From IMG/VR virus record IMGVR_UViG_3300003873_000007, positions 28,281 through 92,280 of that record: DNA of 64,000 bases, one strand, 5' to 3'. A model generated the notes under the pieces. The model was not told the origin of the DNA. It saw nothing but the letters and a program-made list of their open reading frames with translations, and did not search any database. Numbering within the stretch: position 1 is the stretch's first letter; every line of letters starts with the position of its first letter. Source of the DNA: a virus. Below, piece by piece: positions 18,292 through 28,443 of the stretch. The position numbers and the translations under genes were made by a program.

Positions 18292-20697
18292 GTGCAAAAT
18301 TTTGGAAATTTAGAAGACGTATTAGAAGAGGCTGAGCAATTAGATCAAATAAATGCGTTGAGCAAAGAAGAAATAGATGACGCTATTGAATTAGGAAAAT
18401 TGGATTTAACAGATCTATATAAAAATATTGACGATTCGAAGATATTATTTTCACCACAAATTGAAATATTTGAATCATTTGCTGCGCATGTTGATGCATC
18501 AAGAACAAACATGTCTGCAAAACAGTTACTACAAGTTTGTACAAGTGATAATAATGATACACCTTATATATTAAATAAAAATTATCAAGCATTGACAAAT
18601 ATTGATTCTCCTTTTGTTGAGTATGCAGCAGAAGATGGAATTGTTTTATATAGCAATTACAATTATCTTGTATTGTATTATTTAAAAAGTAATTCATTTA
18701 AAACTGTATATTGTCCTTCAATTAAAAGAATGACTAATAATACTATAACTTTAAAATATAAAATGTCTGTTGAAAAGAATGTTGAATTTAAAAAGGGTGA
18801 TGTATTATATGATTATACTGGACAAACAATAGACAATGTTCCAAGAATTGGATACAGGACTAATATTTTATATGGTTCATTTTATGGATATACTGCAGAT
18901 GATGCGTTTGTTATGAGTGAATCATATGCAGATAAAACCAGAATAGATTATTCAAAGAAAATATTTATTCCTATCAGTAAAGAAATTAAATATTTACAAA
19001 ATTCAAAAAAGAATTATTTTTTTAAATTAGGAGAGATAAGTGATGAAAATTATATAGAATATTTTAAAATTGATTCGAGTGATAATATGCTGAGTGAATT
19101 TAACAATACTAGTAAAAAACAATCAAAAATATATGGAAAAAGTGTTGATAGTATAAATGGAGGAACAATAAAAGAATTTAAAGTTCACCGAATCACAGAT
19201 AAGACTTTTGATGAGCTAGAAGAAGAATATATTTACACTGATGGAATGATTAAAGAAGTACAATCACAATATCTTAGACAAATAGAAATCAAAAAAGATA
19301 TATATAATAAACTTTCAACCGTATATGTTAATAAAGAAGAAGCTGTTGAAATGACAAATACAATTTTTAATCAGTGGGAAAGCACTGAGTCATTTCCAAA
19401 TTTAAAACTTGAAGGAATAGCTACAGATTATCGAATTGAAAAAGATTCTATCGATTATGTATTAGAAATCGAAATATATAAATCTGAGCCAACATGTGTC
19501 GGGGATAAATTTGCAAATGTGTATGCTGGTAAAGGTGTTGTAAGTTTAATCTTACCTGACCATTTAATGCCAGGAGGATCAGATATTATTTTTAATCCTC
19601 TCGGTTTATTTGGAAGAAATAACTGGGGAACTGTATTTGAGATAGGATTGGCTAAAATCATTACCGATGTTGAACAACATATTGATAATGCGGAAGATAT
19701 TGTATTAAGATTAACATTTATAAATAAAAACTTTATTAAATTATATGATAAAGAATATTATGATAGAGTGGATGATATGATACAAGAGATTGCTGAAAAT
19801 GGTTCTATTTACGAAAAATTTAAAGCTTCTGTAAAAGAATATGGTTTTTATCTTTTAGTTGATAATTTTCCAGGAATTTCTTTTAAAGATTATATTGATA
19901 AATTTTTAAAAATTTATCAAGAAACTTTTGATATAAATATTACAGAAAAAACAGAGATTATTTATTCAAAAGAATTGATGCAATATATGAGAGATCGTGG
20001 ATTTACTAGTAATGTTTTTGGTAGTACAGTAGTACAAGAAGTCAAACAGAATGTATATATTGGACAAAATTATTGGATCAAATTATTTCATACAAGTTAT
20101 TCTAAATATAATGCTATTGCATTTGCTAATAATTATAGTAAAAGTACAGGAGAGCCTCCTAGAGGTCGAACAAAGAATGGTGGTTGTCATATTAGTTGGC
20201 AAACAACAGCTGCTTTAATTGGACATTCTGCTAATAATATGTGTTCTGTTGAATTAAGAACAATTAAAAGTGATGCTATACAAGATAAGAATAATCTTAA
20301 TAGTAAGATGATACAACATGGCAAATATGTTATGAAAGATAAGTATATGTCTCCAACCGTTAATACGTTAAATAACGGATTAAATATGCTATTGTTAAGA
20401 TTTATGAGTATATATGATAATAATTCGGAAGATTTTTTCAAAGATGAAATTATTGATATTAATGGACAAGACGATGAAGAGTTTGATATAGATACATTAT
20501 TCACAGGCAAAACAGAAGATTGTGAAATTGATAATACTGAAACTGCTTTATGTGATGATGAAGATATACTAGATGATGTAACAGAAGAAGTTGTTATAGA
20601 AATTGAAAGTGTTTTAATTGATAATGTAAATGTATCTACTGAAGTAGAATGTGATAGTTGTGATCAAGTAACGATTAATTTAGATCTTGATGAATAG
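18292..20697 (+). CDS. rpoB: RNA polymerase beta-like subunit, C-terminal half, with acidic tail (GTG start)
   Basis: DASRTNMSAKQLLQ, GYTADDAFVMS, GDKFANVYAGKGVVS, DIIFNPLGLFGRNNWG, KLFH...K, PRGRTKNGG. Confidence 0.9.
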   Translation: MQNFGNLEDVLEEAEQLDQINALSKEEIDDAIELGKLDLTDLYKNIDDSKILFSPQIEIFESFAAHVDASRTNMSAKQLLQVCTSDNNDTPYILNKNYQALTNIDSPFVEYAAEDGIVLYSNYNYLVLYYLKSNSFKTVYCPSIKRMTNNTITLKYKMSVEKNVEFKKGDVLYDYTGQTIDNVPRIGYRTNILYGSFYGYTADDAFVMSESYADKTRIDYSKKIFIPISKEIKYLQNSKKNYFFKLGEISDENYIEYFKIDSSDNMLSEFNNTSKKQSKIYGKSVDSINGGTIKEFKVHRITDKTFDELEEEYIYTDGMIKEVQSQYLRQIEIKKDIYNKLSTVYVNKEEAVEMTNTIFNQWESTESFPNLKLEGIATDYRIEKDSIDYVLEIEIYKSEPTCVGDKFANVYAGKGVVSLILPDHLMPGGSDIIFNPLGLFGRNNWGTVFEIGLAKIITDVEQHIDNAEDIVLRLTFINKNFIKLYDKEYYDRVDDMIQEIAENGSIYEKFKASVKEYGFYLLVDNFPGISFKDYIDKFLKIYQETFDINITEKTEIIYSKELMQYMRDRGFTSNVFGSTVVQEVKQNVYIGQNYWIKLFHTSYSKYNAIAFANNYSKSTGEPPRGRTKNGGCHISWQTTAALIGHSANNMCSVELRTIKSDAIQDKNNLNSKMIQHGKYVMKDKYMSPTVNTLNNGLNMLLLRFMSIYDNNSEDFFKDEIIDINGQDDEEFDIDTLFTGKTEDCEIDNTETALCDDEDILDDVTEEVVIEIESVLIDNVNVSTEVECDSCDQVTINLDLDE

Positions 20698-20715
20698 CTC
20701 GTTAAACACGAGCTA
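20695..20715 (+). terminator. Hairpin after beta-C
   Basis: 8-bp stem TAGCTCGT/ACGAGCTA; no clear U-tract. Confidence 0.4.
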
Positions 20716-21196
20716 TGTAAGGATTATGAATATACAATAAGAGGAAAAGATATGACAGATATAACAAAAGATATAATAAATGAAAGTAATTATAATTTAA
20801 TAAAAAATTTTATATTAAATAACATCTCATTTGCAATGATTTTAGATAATCATAATAACTGGGATTATGAATTTCCAGAAAGATTGAAAAGCCAAAAAAG
20901 ATTTATAATAGATATCAAAGAACAGGCATTGGAAGATTCATATATCGAAAATGATAAAATTATAATTGTGATTGAAATTGATAATATAACATATTCTAAA
21001 GAGTTAGAATATGCTGATATATTTGCAATAAAAGAAAAAGCTGATTCTGAGATTCCTATAAGTACTCGACCATTTGCAATGGCACCAAAACCAATTAAAA
21101 GAGAAGGAAATTCATTCATTTTCCCCTCAGAAGAGGATATACAAAGCTCTATGAAAATGTTCAAAAAATACAATCCAAAATTATTTAAGGATAACC

Positions 21197-23125
21197 ATGA
21201 GTGATTCAAAAGTAAAAAAAATCAGACATGCAATCAAGGACGATAGATGGTGGGTACTAAATAGGCCTGCCTCGTTTATTGGTGCTATTACTGAGGGTGA
21301 GCATGAAGAGTATTTTTTAGACACAAAACTGAAAAAAATTGTCAAACAAAAAGTTAGTTACGTACCGGCCTTAGTAAAGATTATTAATGAAATTATTGAT
21401 AATTCAGTTGATGTATTGAAAAATCAAAAACGTAAAGCAATATTAGATATTAAGATATCTGGTAAAGCTGTTCAAGTAACAGATAATGGTGATGGTATTC
21501 CGATTGAAATGATTCCTGATTTACAAGGAAATGATATAATTATTCCCAAATCATGTTGGGGATTAGCAAAAGCTGGTAGTAACTTTAATGATGATGAAAT
21601 AGATGCAACGACAATTGGTACAAATGGTGTAGGGAGTTACGCTTGTATGGTATGGTCAAATGTATTTACAGGCAAAACATGTGACGGAAAAAAAGAGTAT
21701 ATTGGAACATGGAAAGATAACGATTTAAATTATAATGAAAATATTAAAGATGTTAAACCTGGAACTAAAAGAGGAACAACTGTTTATTTTGAACCTGATT
21801 TAAAAAGGTTTAATATCACACAACTTCCTAACCAAGAAGATTTAAAAATCGATCAAGTTGTTATTCAAGTTATTCGACAAAGAATTATTAATTTATCAGT
21901 TCTTTATAAGAACATTAATTTTTCATTTAATAATGAAGAAATTAAATATTCAACAAAAGAATTTATGCAGTTTATTGGAACAGGTGGTGAAGTATTTGAA
22001 ACTGATACATATAGTATTGGAGTGTTTCCAACAGAAATTGATGACTTTGAAATATTCAGTTTAGTTAACGGGTTAAACATTAAAGGCGGAACGCATGTTG
22101 ATTATATTTTAAAATATGTTCAAGCAGAAATTAAAAATAAATTACCAAAAAAGTTTTCAAATATTCGACCAGGAGATATAAAAAATAAATTAAAAATTAT
22201 TTTTATAGGAAGTGATTTTCCTACAATTGTGTGGGATGGTCAAACTAAGGAACGCATAAAAAACTCAGATAAAGATATTCGAAATTATCTTGGAGAAGAT
22301 TGGAAAACGATTTTACCAAGAGTTGCAAAAAATAAGAATATCATTGAACCTATAACATTTTTACATGATGCTAAGCTTGATGCAGAAGAAAAAAAAGCAG
22401 CAGCAAATGCAGACAAAGAATTAAAAAAAACAAAAGTTCTTAAAGTCAGACATGCGAGTACACAAAAAAAATTTTTATTATTAACAGAAGGCGATTCAGC
22501 ATTAAAAGGTATTATAAAAGCACTAGGTCGAGTACTTAATGGTTTTTTACCGTTACGAGGTGTTGTAGCAAACCCATTTACAAATAAAATTCAAAAGATT
22601 ATTACAAATGCGGAGTATAAAGATATTATGAATATACTTGGTTTAAAATTTTCAAGTGAAACCAATTCCTGTTTAAATATGACTTATGAATATGTAGTTA
22701 TTACAACTGACGCGGACGTGGATGGTAGTCATATTCAAGGATTATTATTAGGATTCTTTTACAAATTTGTACCAGATATTTTTGAACATAAAAAGATACT
22801 TATATTAAGAACTCCTATTAAAGTTGCTAAAGATAAAAAAGAAAATATGGTAGCAGCATTCATAACGGAATCTGAATATATAGAATTTATGAAAAAGAAA
22901 AGCAATCATAAATATACAATTGAATATAAAAAAGGATTAGGATCATTGAATCCTAAAGAATATGAACAATTTTTTGAACTTAGACCATTTGAAGAATGTT
23001 TAGTACAACTTGATTATACAGAAGATGATTTAAAATTGATGGTTAAATGGTTAGAAGATGATTCTGATTTTAGAAAAGATAAGATTCAACTAAGAATTAA
23101 AGAGTTTGATATAGGAAATACCTAA
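21197..23125 (+). CDS. Type IIA topoisomerase ATPase/TOPRIM subunit (T4 gp39+60-like)
   Basis: EIIDNSVD, DNGDGIP, GTNGVG, TEGDSA, PLRG, TDADVDGSHI, YKKGLGS. Confidence 0.95.
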   Translation: MSDSKVKKIRHAIKDDRWWVLNRPASFIGAITEGEHEEYFLDTKLKKIVKQKVSYVPALVKIINEIIDNSVDVLKNQKRKAILDIKISGKAVQVTDNGDGIPIEMIPDLQGNDIIIPKSCWGLAKAGSNFNDDEIDATTIGTNGVGSYACMVWSNVFTGKTCDGKKEYIGTWKDNDLNYNENIKDVKPGTKRGTTVYFEPDLKRFNITQLPNQEDLKIDQVVIQVIRQRIINLSVLYKNINFSFNNEEIKYSTKEFMQFIGTGGEVFETDTYSIGVFPTEIDDFEIFSLVNGLNIKGGTHVDYILKYVQAEIKNKLPKKFSNIRPGDIKNKLKIIFIGSDFPTIVWDGQTKERIKNSDKDIRNYLGEDWKTILPRVAKNKNIIEPITFLHDAKLDAEEKKAAANADKELKKTKVLKVRHASTQKKFLLLTEGDSALKGIIKALGRVLNGFLPLRGVVANPFTNKIQKIITNAEYKDIMNILGLKFSSETNSCLNMTYEYVVITTDADVDGSHIQGLLLGFFYKFVPDIFEHKKILILRTPIKVAKDKKENMVAAFITESEYIEFMKKKSNHKYTIEYKKGLGSLNPKEYEQFFELRPFEECLVQLDYTEDDLKLMVKWLEDDSDFRKDKIQLRIKEFDIGNT

Positions 23126-24045
23126 TGAAAAAATTAACAACAGAAGAATTTATAATTAGAGCTAAAAAAGTTCATGGTGATAACTATGATTATTCCGAAG
23201 TTGTTTATTTAGGTATAAAATCAAAAGTGAAAATAAAATGTTTAATATGTGGAAATATATTTTGGCAGACACCAAATTCTCATATAGGAAAGTGTGTTGG
23301 GTGTACACTCTGTGGATATAAAAAAGCATCAAATAAGCAAATTAGAAAATTATCAAATGTTATTTTAGAAGCGAATAAAATACACAATTTTAAGTATGAT
23401 TATTCTTTAATATTTTCAAGAACTTATAAAGGACTGAAGCAAAAAGTTCCTATAGTTTGTCCAATACATGGGATATTTAAACAACAATTAAATTGGCATA
23501 TTTCAGGCAAAAATGGATGCCCTGAATGTGGAGGAAATATTAAATTAGAAACATCTGAATTCATAGAACGATCTAAAAAAGTTCATGGGGATAAATATGT
23601 GTACGATGATATAGTATATAAAAATGAAAAAACGAAAGTACAAATTTTTTGTAAATTACACAATTCGTTTTTTTATCAGAAACCGTTTGCGCATGTAAGA
23701 CTTAAACAAGGTTGTCCGAAATGTAATGAATCAAGGGGTGAAAAAGGAATAAGATTATTTTTAGAAAATAATAATATAGAATACATTAAAGAATATATTA
23801 TTAAAGATTTAGGAAATTATAGATTTGATTTTTATTTACCTAATTATAATTTAATAATTGAGTTTGATGGTAAGCAACATTTTCAACCAGTTGAATTTTT
23901 TGGAGGTCTTGTAGCTTTAAGAAAAACAAAATATAATGATTATATCAAAACAATGTATTGTTTAAATAATGCTATTAATATAATTAGAATCAAATATTTA
24001 GATATTGATAAAATTGATTATATTTTATCAAGTTTAAAATTTTAA
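23125..24045 (+). CDS. Free-standing homing endonuclease-like protein (three Cys/His repeats plus Vsr-like domain)
   Basis: Repeats of FIxRAKKVHGD.Y.Y...GCPxC; FDFYLPNYNLIIEFDGKQHF. Confidence 0.75.
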   Translation: MKKLTTEEFIIRAKKVHGDNYDYSEVVYLGIKSKVKIKCLICGNIFWQTPNSHIGKCVGCTLCGYKKASNKQIRKLSNVILEANKIHNFKYDYSLIFSRTYKGLKQKVPIVCPIHGIFKQQLNWHISGKNGCPECGGNIKLETSEFIERSKKVHGDKYVYDDIVYKNEKTKVQIFCKLHNSFFYQKPFAHVRLKQGCPKCNESRGEKGIRLFLENNNIEYIKEYIIKDLGNYRFDFYLPNYNLIIEFDGKQHFQPVEFFGGLVALRKTKYNDYIKTMYCLNNAINIIRIKYLDIDKIDYILSSLKF

Positions 24046-24102
24046 AATTTTAATATTTCTATCTTTATCGATAAAGATAGAAAATATAGAAAATAGTTTA
24101 AT

Positions 24103-24378
24103 ATGAAAATATTTATGAAGATGCTTAGAATAAAGGAAATAAAAATGGAATTAGAATTACACAAAAGATATAAAATTGAAGAATTGATAAATAGTAAGAA
24201 TGAAAGTTTTAAATTAATAAATAGTAAAAATATTACAACAGGTAATACTAATATAAATGAAACTTTTAGAAAGAATGATATAATACTATTAAAAAATATA
24301 TATGTAACGATTTATATAAAAATTATTTCAACTAAATATTGCACTATTCAACATATAACGAGTGAAAATCAAGTTTAA
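24103..24378 (+). CDS. Small hypothetical protein in palindrome-bounded unit
   Basis: Begins MKIFMKMLRI, nearly identical to the start of 24519; an internal AAGGA-ATG at ~24145 may be the real start. Confidence 0.45.
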   Translation: MKIFMKMLRIKEIKMELELHKRYKIEELINSKNESFKLINSKNITTGNTNINETFRKNDIILLKNIYVTIYIKIISTKYCTIQHITSENQV

Positions 24379-24518
24379 AATTTTAATATTTCTATCTTTA
24401 TCGATAAAGATAGAAAATATAAGCAGGAATATTTAATGTCAATTAAAAAAGTTTTAGGTTTTAATATTTCTATCTTTATCGATAAAGATAGAAAATATAA
24501 ATATGAGCAGGAATATAA

Positions 24519-24728
24519 ATGAAAATATTTATGAAGATGGTTAGAATAGAAGAAGATATCGAAGTGTTCACAAGTGAAAAAGCATTTAATGATTGGTTAC
24601 AAGATGTTAATAATGAACATTTTGAATTTTTAATCGAAGATGGAGTACTTCCAGAAGATGCTTGTGCACAAAAAGGCTATGATTACAAATGGAAAGACTT
24701 AGAAGAGTGTTCTGTTCATTTTGAATAA
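24519..24728 (+). CDS. Small acidic hypothetical protein in palindrome-bounded unit
   Basis: AGGA RBS; begins MKIFMKMVRI. Confidence 0.5.
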   Translation: MKIFMKMVRIEEDIEVFTSEKAFNDWLQDVNNEHFEFLIEDGVLPEDACAQKGYDYKWKDLEECSVHFE

Positions 24729-24804
24729 TAAATTTTAAAAAAATAATTTTCTATCTTTATCGATAAAGATAGAAAAATAAAAGTTTAAGAGAAAAGGAAA
24801 TATA

Positions 24805-25053
24805 ATGAAAATTGATTTAAACACGCATGCAAGTGCAAGTGCAATTGCAAAAGTTTTGGGAATACCATTTGAAAAAAATAAAGAATTTAAAGAATTATTA
24901 GAAGGCTCAGATTTAGAAACCGTTTCTAAATCATATGTTGTAAAAAACAGAACTGTTAATTATCAAGCATATGATATAATATCAGCGATTAAATATGCAT
25001 CTGAAAATATAAATGGAGAACACATTCAAAGTATTGGTATTGATATTAATTAA
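24805..25053 (+). CDS. Hypothetical protein
   Basis: AAGGA RBS, follows a palindrome copy. Confidence 0.5.
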   Translation: MKIDLNTHASASAIAKVLGIPFEKNKEFKELLEGSDLETVSKSYVVKNRTVNYQAYDIISAIKYASENINGEHIQSIGIDIN

Positions 25054-25062
25054 GGAAATAAA

Positions 25063-25407
25063 ATGAATAAAATTATACAATCAGTTCACGCAGCAATAAA
25101 ACCTGAGGTTGCTATGCCCGCGACTTTTCTATCATATTCTGATAGAAATCCTGGAACGGTTATAAGAATTATATCTGATAAATGTATCGAAGTAGAAACT
25201 TGTGATTGGAAAGTTGTTGGTGGTCCTTATGAAATAGGAGAAGAAAGAAAGTATAAATATTTTCCAAATAAAATCACAGAGAAAAGTAATGGTCGTTTAT
25301 TTACTTTACGTAAAAATGGTAAATGGATTGAAAAAGGTTCTGCAATGAATACTGGCACTGCTATTATGTTAGGAACTAGAGAGAGGTATCAAGATCCTTC
25401 TTTTTAA
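25063..25407 (+). CDS. Hypothetical phage protein
   Basis: AAGGA RBS, 114 aa, ends R..YQDPSF. Confidence 0.5.
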   Translation: MNKIIQSVHAAIKPEVAMPATFLSYSDRNPGTVIRIISDKCIEVETCDWKVVGGPYEIGEERKYKYFPNKITEKSNGRLFTLRKNGKWIEKGSAMNTGTAIMLGTRERYQDPSF

Positions 25408-25433
25408 GACATACGAAAAATTAAGGAGAATAT

Positions 25434-26828
25434 ATGAATTTAAAAAAATTGAATCAAGTTTATAATGAAATAAATCTTGGCGAATTTTACAATACAGATT
25501 ACTGTGACTATGCCATTTATCGAGCGTTACAACGAATACCTCATTTGGTTGACGGTTTTGCTCAGACACAAAGAAAAGTTGTCTATACAATGATCGATAA
25601 AAATATAGATAAAAAAACTAAAGTTTCTGATCTAGCAGCAATTATTTCTTTGCATACTGCGTATCATCATGGGTCAGGAAGCATTGAAAGCACAATTACA
25701 AATCTTGTTCCACAGTACAATAATCAGATACCTCTTTTAAAAGAGGATGGTACATATGGTAATAGGAGTGATAGAGGAGCTGCAGCTTCAAGATATATTG
25801 AGACAAGATTATATAAATATAGCAAAATAATGTTCAATGATATAGATAATAAGCATTTTGTTAATACCCAAGAAGTTGAAGGGAAGTTAATTGAACCAGA
25901 ATTTATGATTCCAATTGTTCCTTTATTATTAATAAATGGGCAAAGTCAGATTGGTGTAGGTTATGCTAGTGATGTTTTACCGAGAAAAACCGAGGATATA
26001 TTGAAGATATTGAAAGATATTTTATCAGGAAAACGTAAAGATATTCCTACAAATATCCCACCACATGCGCCTTTATTTAAGGGTACAATAACTCCTCACG
26101 AAAAAGGAGGATGGTTATATACTGGTATAGTAAAAGAAGAGAAAAATACTATCCACATAACAGAAGTTCCTCCCAATTATACAAGAGAATCTTATATGAA
26201 AGTATTAGAAGCTTTAAAAGACGCTGAAAAAATAAAATCATATGTTGAAGATATTAATGGTGATGAATTTGACATTATAATTAAAATGCCTTTGAATTGG
26301 ACAAAAATCGATAAAAAAAATACAGAAGAAAGAAGATTAGTCTTAATAAAACTTTTTAAATTAGAAGGAAAGCGTTCTGAAAATTTAACAGTAATAAACA
26401 CAAAAGATAATATATTTCGATATAACAATATCGCAGAAATCTTTTTTGAGTATATAATGTATGTTTTGAATATATATAAACAACGCAAACAATTTATTCT
26501 CGATAAAATGATTAAAGATACTAAAATGAATAAGGAGAAAATTCGATTTATTCAACTGGTAAACACAGATGTTATTATATTAAAAAATCGTAAAATCAGT
26601 GAAATTTCAAAAGATTTAGAAGACCATAATTTTGAACTATTTGATGATAGCTATAATTATCTTTTAAATATGAGAATTAGTAATTTAACTTTAGATAAAA
26701 TTATTGAATTGGAAAAAATAATATCGGATACAGATGAAGAGATTAAAACATATTCAAATATAACAGCTGCAAATTTGTGGTTAAATGATTTAGTTGAATT
26801 TGAAAAATATTTAAAAAAGGGAGAGTAA
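25434..26828 (+). CDS. Type IIA topoisomerase breakage-reunion subunit (T4 gp52/GyrA-like)
   Basis: IPHLVDGFAQTQRK, YHHG, catalytic AASRYI, PLLLING..IGVG. Confidence 0.95.
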   Translation: MNLKKLNQVYNEINLGEFYNTDYCDYAIYRALQRIPHLVDGFAQTQRKVVYTMIDKNIDKKTKVSDLAAIISLHTAYHHGSGSIESTITNLVPQYNNQIPLLKEDGTYGNRSDRGAAASRYIETRLYKYSKIMFNDIDNKHFVNTQEVEGKLIEPEFMIPIVPLLLINGQSQIGVGYASDVLPRKTEDILKILKDILSGKRKDIPTNIPPHAPLFKGTITPHEKGGWLYTGIVKEEKNTIHITEVPPNYTRESYMKVLEALKDAEKIKSYVEDINGDEFDIIIKMPLNWTKIDKKNTEERRLVLIKLFKLEGKRSENLTVINTKDNIFRYNNIAEIFFEYIMYVLNIYKQRKQFILDKMIKDTKMNKEKIRFIQLVNTDVIILKNRKISEISKDLEDHNFELFDDSYNYLLNMRISNLTLDKIIELEKIISDTDEEIKTYSNITAANLWLNDLVEFEKYLKKGE

Positions 26829-27056
26829 ATGAGTTTAACAATAGAATATTTAAGAAGTTGTGTAGATCATTATTCATCTATGAAAGCTTATTCATGTGAC
26901 ACATTAAAAAGTTTAGTAGATGAGGATGATTATTACAATATTGTTGAAGATTTATTAGAATATGAAGATATTATTATTTCTGAAGATCTTTTAAAAGATA
27001 ACGAAGATAAAAGTTTAAGTGATATCGCAGATATAATAGATGAATTAGGAGAGTAA
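26829..27056 (+). CDS. Small very acidic protein
   Basis: 75 aa, D/E-rich; loose acyl-carrier-like pattern without the DSL serine. Confidence 0.45.
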   Translation: MSLTIEYLRSCVDHYSSMKAYSCDTLKSLVDEDDYYNIVEDLLEYEDIIISEDLLKDNEDKSLSDIADIIDELGE

Positions 27057-27781
27057 AAATGATAGTCGATTTAAAAGATATAAAATTATTAATTAAAGAT
27101 GCAGATCTATCAAAGACTGTAAAATTGACATATGAGGAAGATGACTATGATGTGATATATTTTAAATATTTTGATACAAAAGGTAATCAATTATCACTAT
27201 ATTATACTATACAATCGGATTTATTACCTAGTTTATTCTCAATTGATTATAAATCAAATACAAATGATATAACTGAAATAATATTAAATGAGCAGTTGAA
27301 TATGAGTACAAATATATTTTACAATGCTCATGTTGAGATGGATTCTGATATTGTATTTGGTAAATATATAGTTGATATGAAAAAAGAGAATTTTGAAACA
27401 GTTGAAGCAGTTGAAGCAGTTGAAGCATGATAGATTACAAATTGACAATTGATAAATCAAGTACTAAAAAGATTGAAGCTCAAAATCGTAGAATAACTGA
27501 AGGTGAAAAATTAGAAAATGAAATCACTTCTGATATTTGGAAAAAAGCTTTAAAAATTTTAGAACCGCACAGTAAGGTTAATCGATTTTACTGTGATGTG
27601 TTTTATAAAAGACAACTGGTTAGAATAAAATTTGAAATAAATAAAGTTCAAAATTATAAATTAATTTGTGAAGAAATTTATAATTCAGTAAAAAAGGATT
27701 ATCGCATAAAAGAGATTAGTTATCTAGAAAAATTGGATGAAAATAAAAGTTTATTAATTATATGGTTATAAAGGAAAATAA

Positions 27782-28443
27782 ATGACATTAAAAACAATTA
27801 AAAAAGTTGGTACGCAGACAGGTAGATTTAAATTAAAAATAAATTATTTAAAAAAAGAACTCTATATAACATTTCCGAAAGATTGTGAATATGAAGATCG
27901 TCAGAATTGGATAGAAAAATGTATGATCATAAAACATTTATTAAAAGATTTTACATTTATTAAACCTATCTCCGCTTCTAGTAAAAATATGAGATACAAC
28001 ACTGTCCGAATTAATCAAAAAATTAATAACCAATGGGTTGTTTTACACACGGTTGATTTTAATGATAATACATTACATAAAGGAATATTATAATGTTTGA
28101 TTACAAAAAACAAGTTCAACATAATGAGGGTAAACATTTTAAGTTTACTATTGATAGAGAACACAACCTTAGAATTAAGATACCTAAAGGAGCAAAAGAA
28201 GAAGAAGAAATAATTTGGATAGAAAAATGTCAAATAATTCAGTCCATGTTAGAATCTGAAGATATTCAATTTACACTTCGAATGAAAACATCTCATCCAA
28301 ACAATTTAACTTTTAACTTGATGTCTCAGCATGGACCTAAAAACAAAAAGTTTACAATTAGTAGATATAGTATTGATTTATCTGATAATACAATACTAAA
28401 ATTAGATGTTCCAGACGAACTAAAATACAATAAGGAAATATGA
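27782..28443 (+). CDS. Pair of tandem paralogous hypothetical proteins (27782..28093 and 28093..28443)
   Basis: Shared FKxxI..LxIxxPK..WIEKCxII and DxxDNT motifs. Confidence 0.6.

Larger units (their letters stand above)
24056..24776. repeat. Cluster of four 28-30 bp perfect palindromes TTTCTATCTTTATCGATAAAGATAGAAA
   Basis: Copies at 24056-24083, 24389-24416, 24467-24494 and 24747-24776, separating small ORFs. Confidence 0.92.

Noticed and set aside
24381-24500. CRISPR-like repeat-spacer-repeat (42-bp repeats with a 36-bp gap)
   Set aside because: Only one short gap; the other gaps hold whole ORFs, the 'spacer' starts with the same RBS sequence that follows the next repeat, and no cas genes are seen
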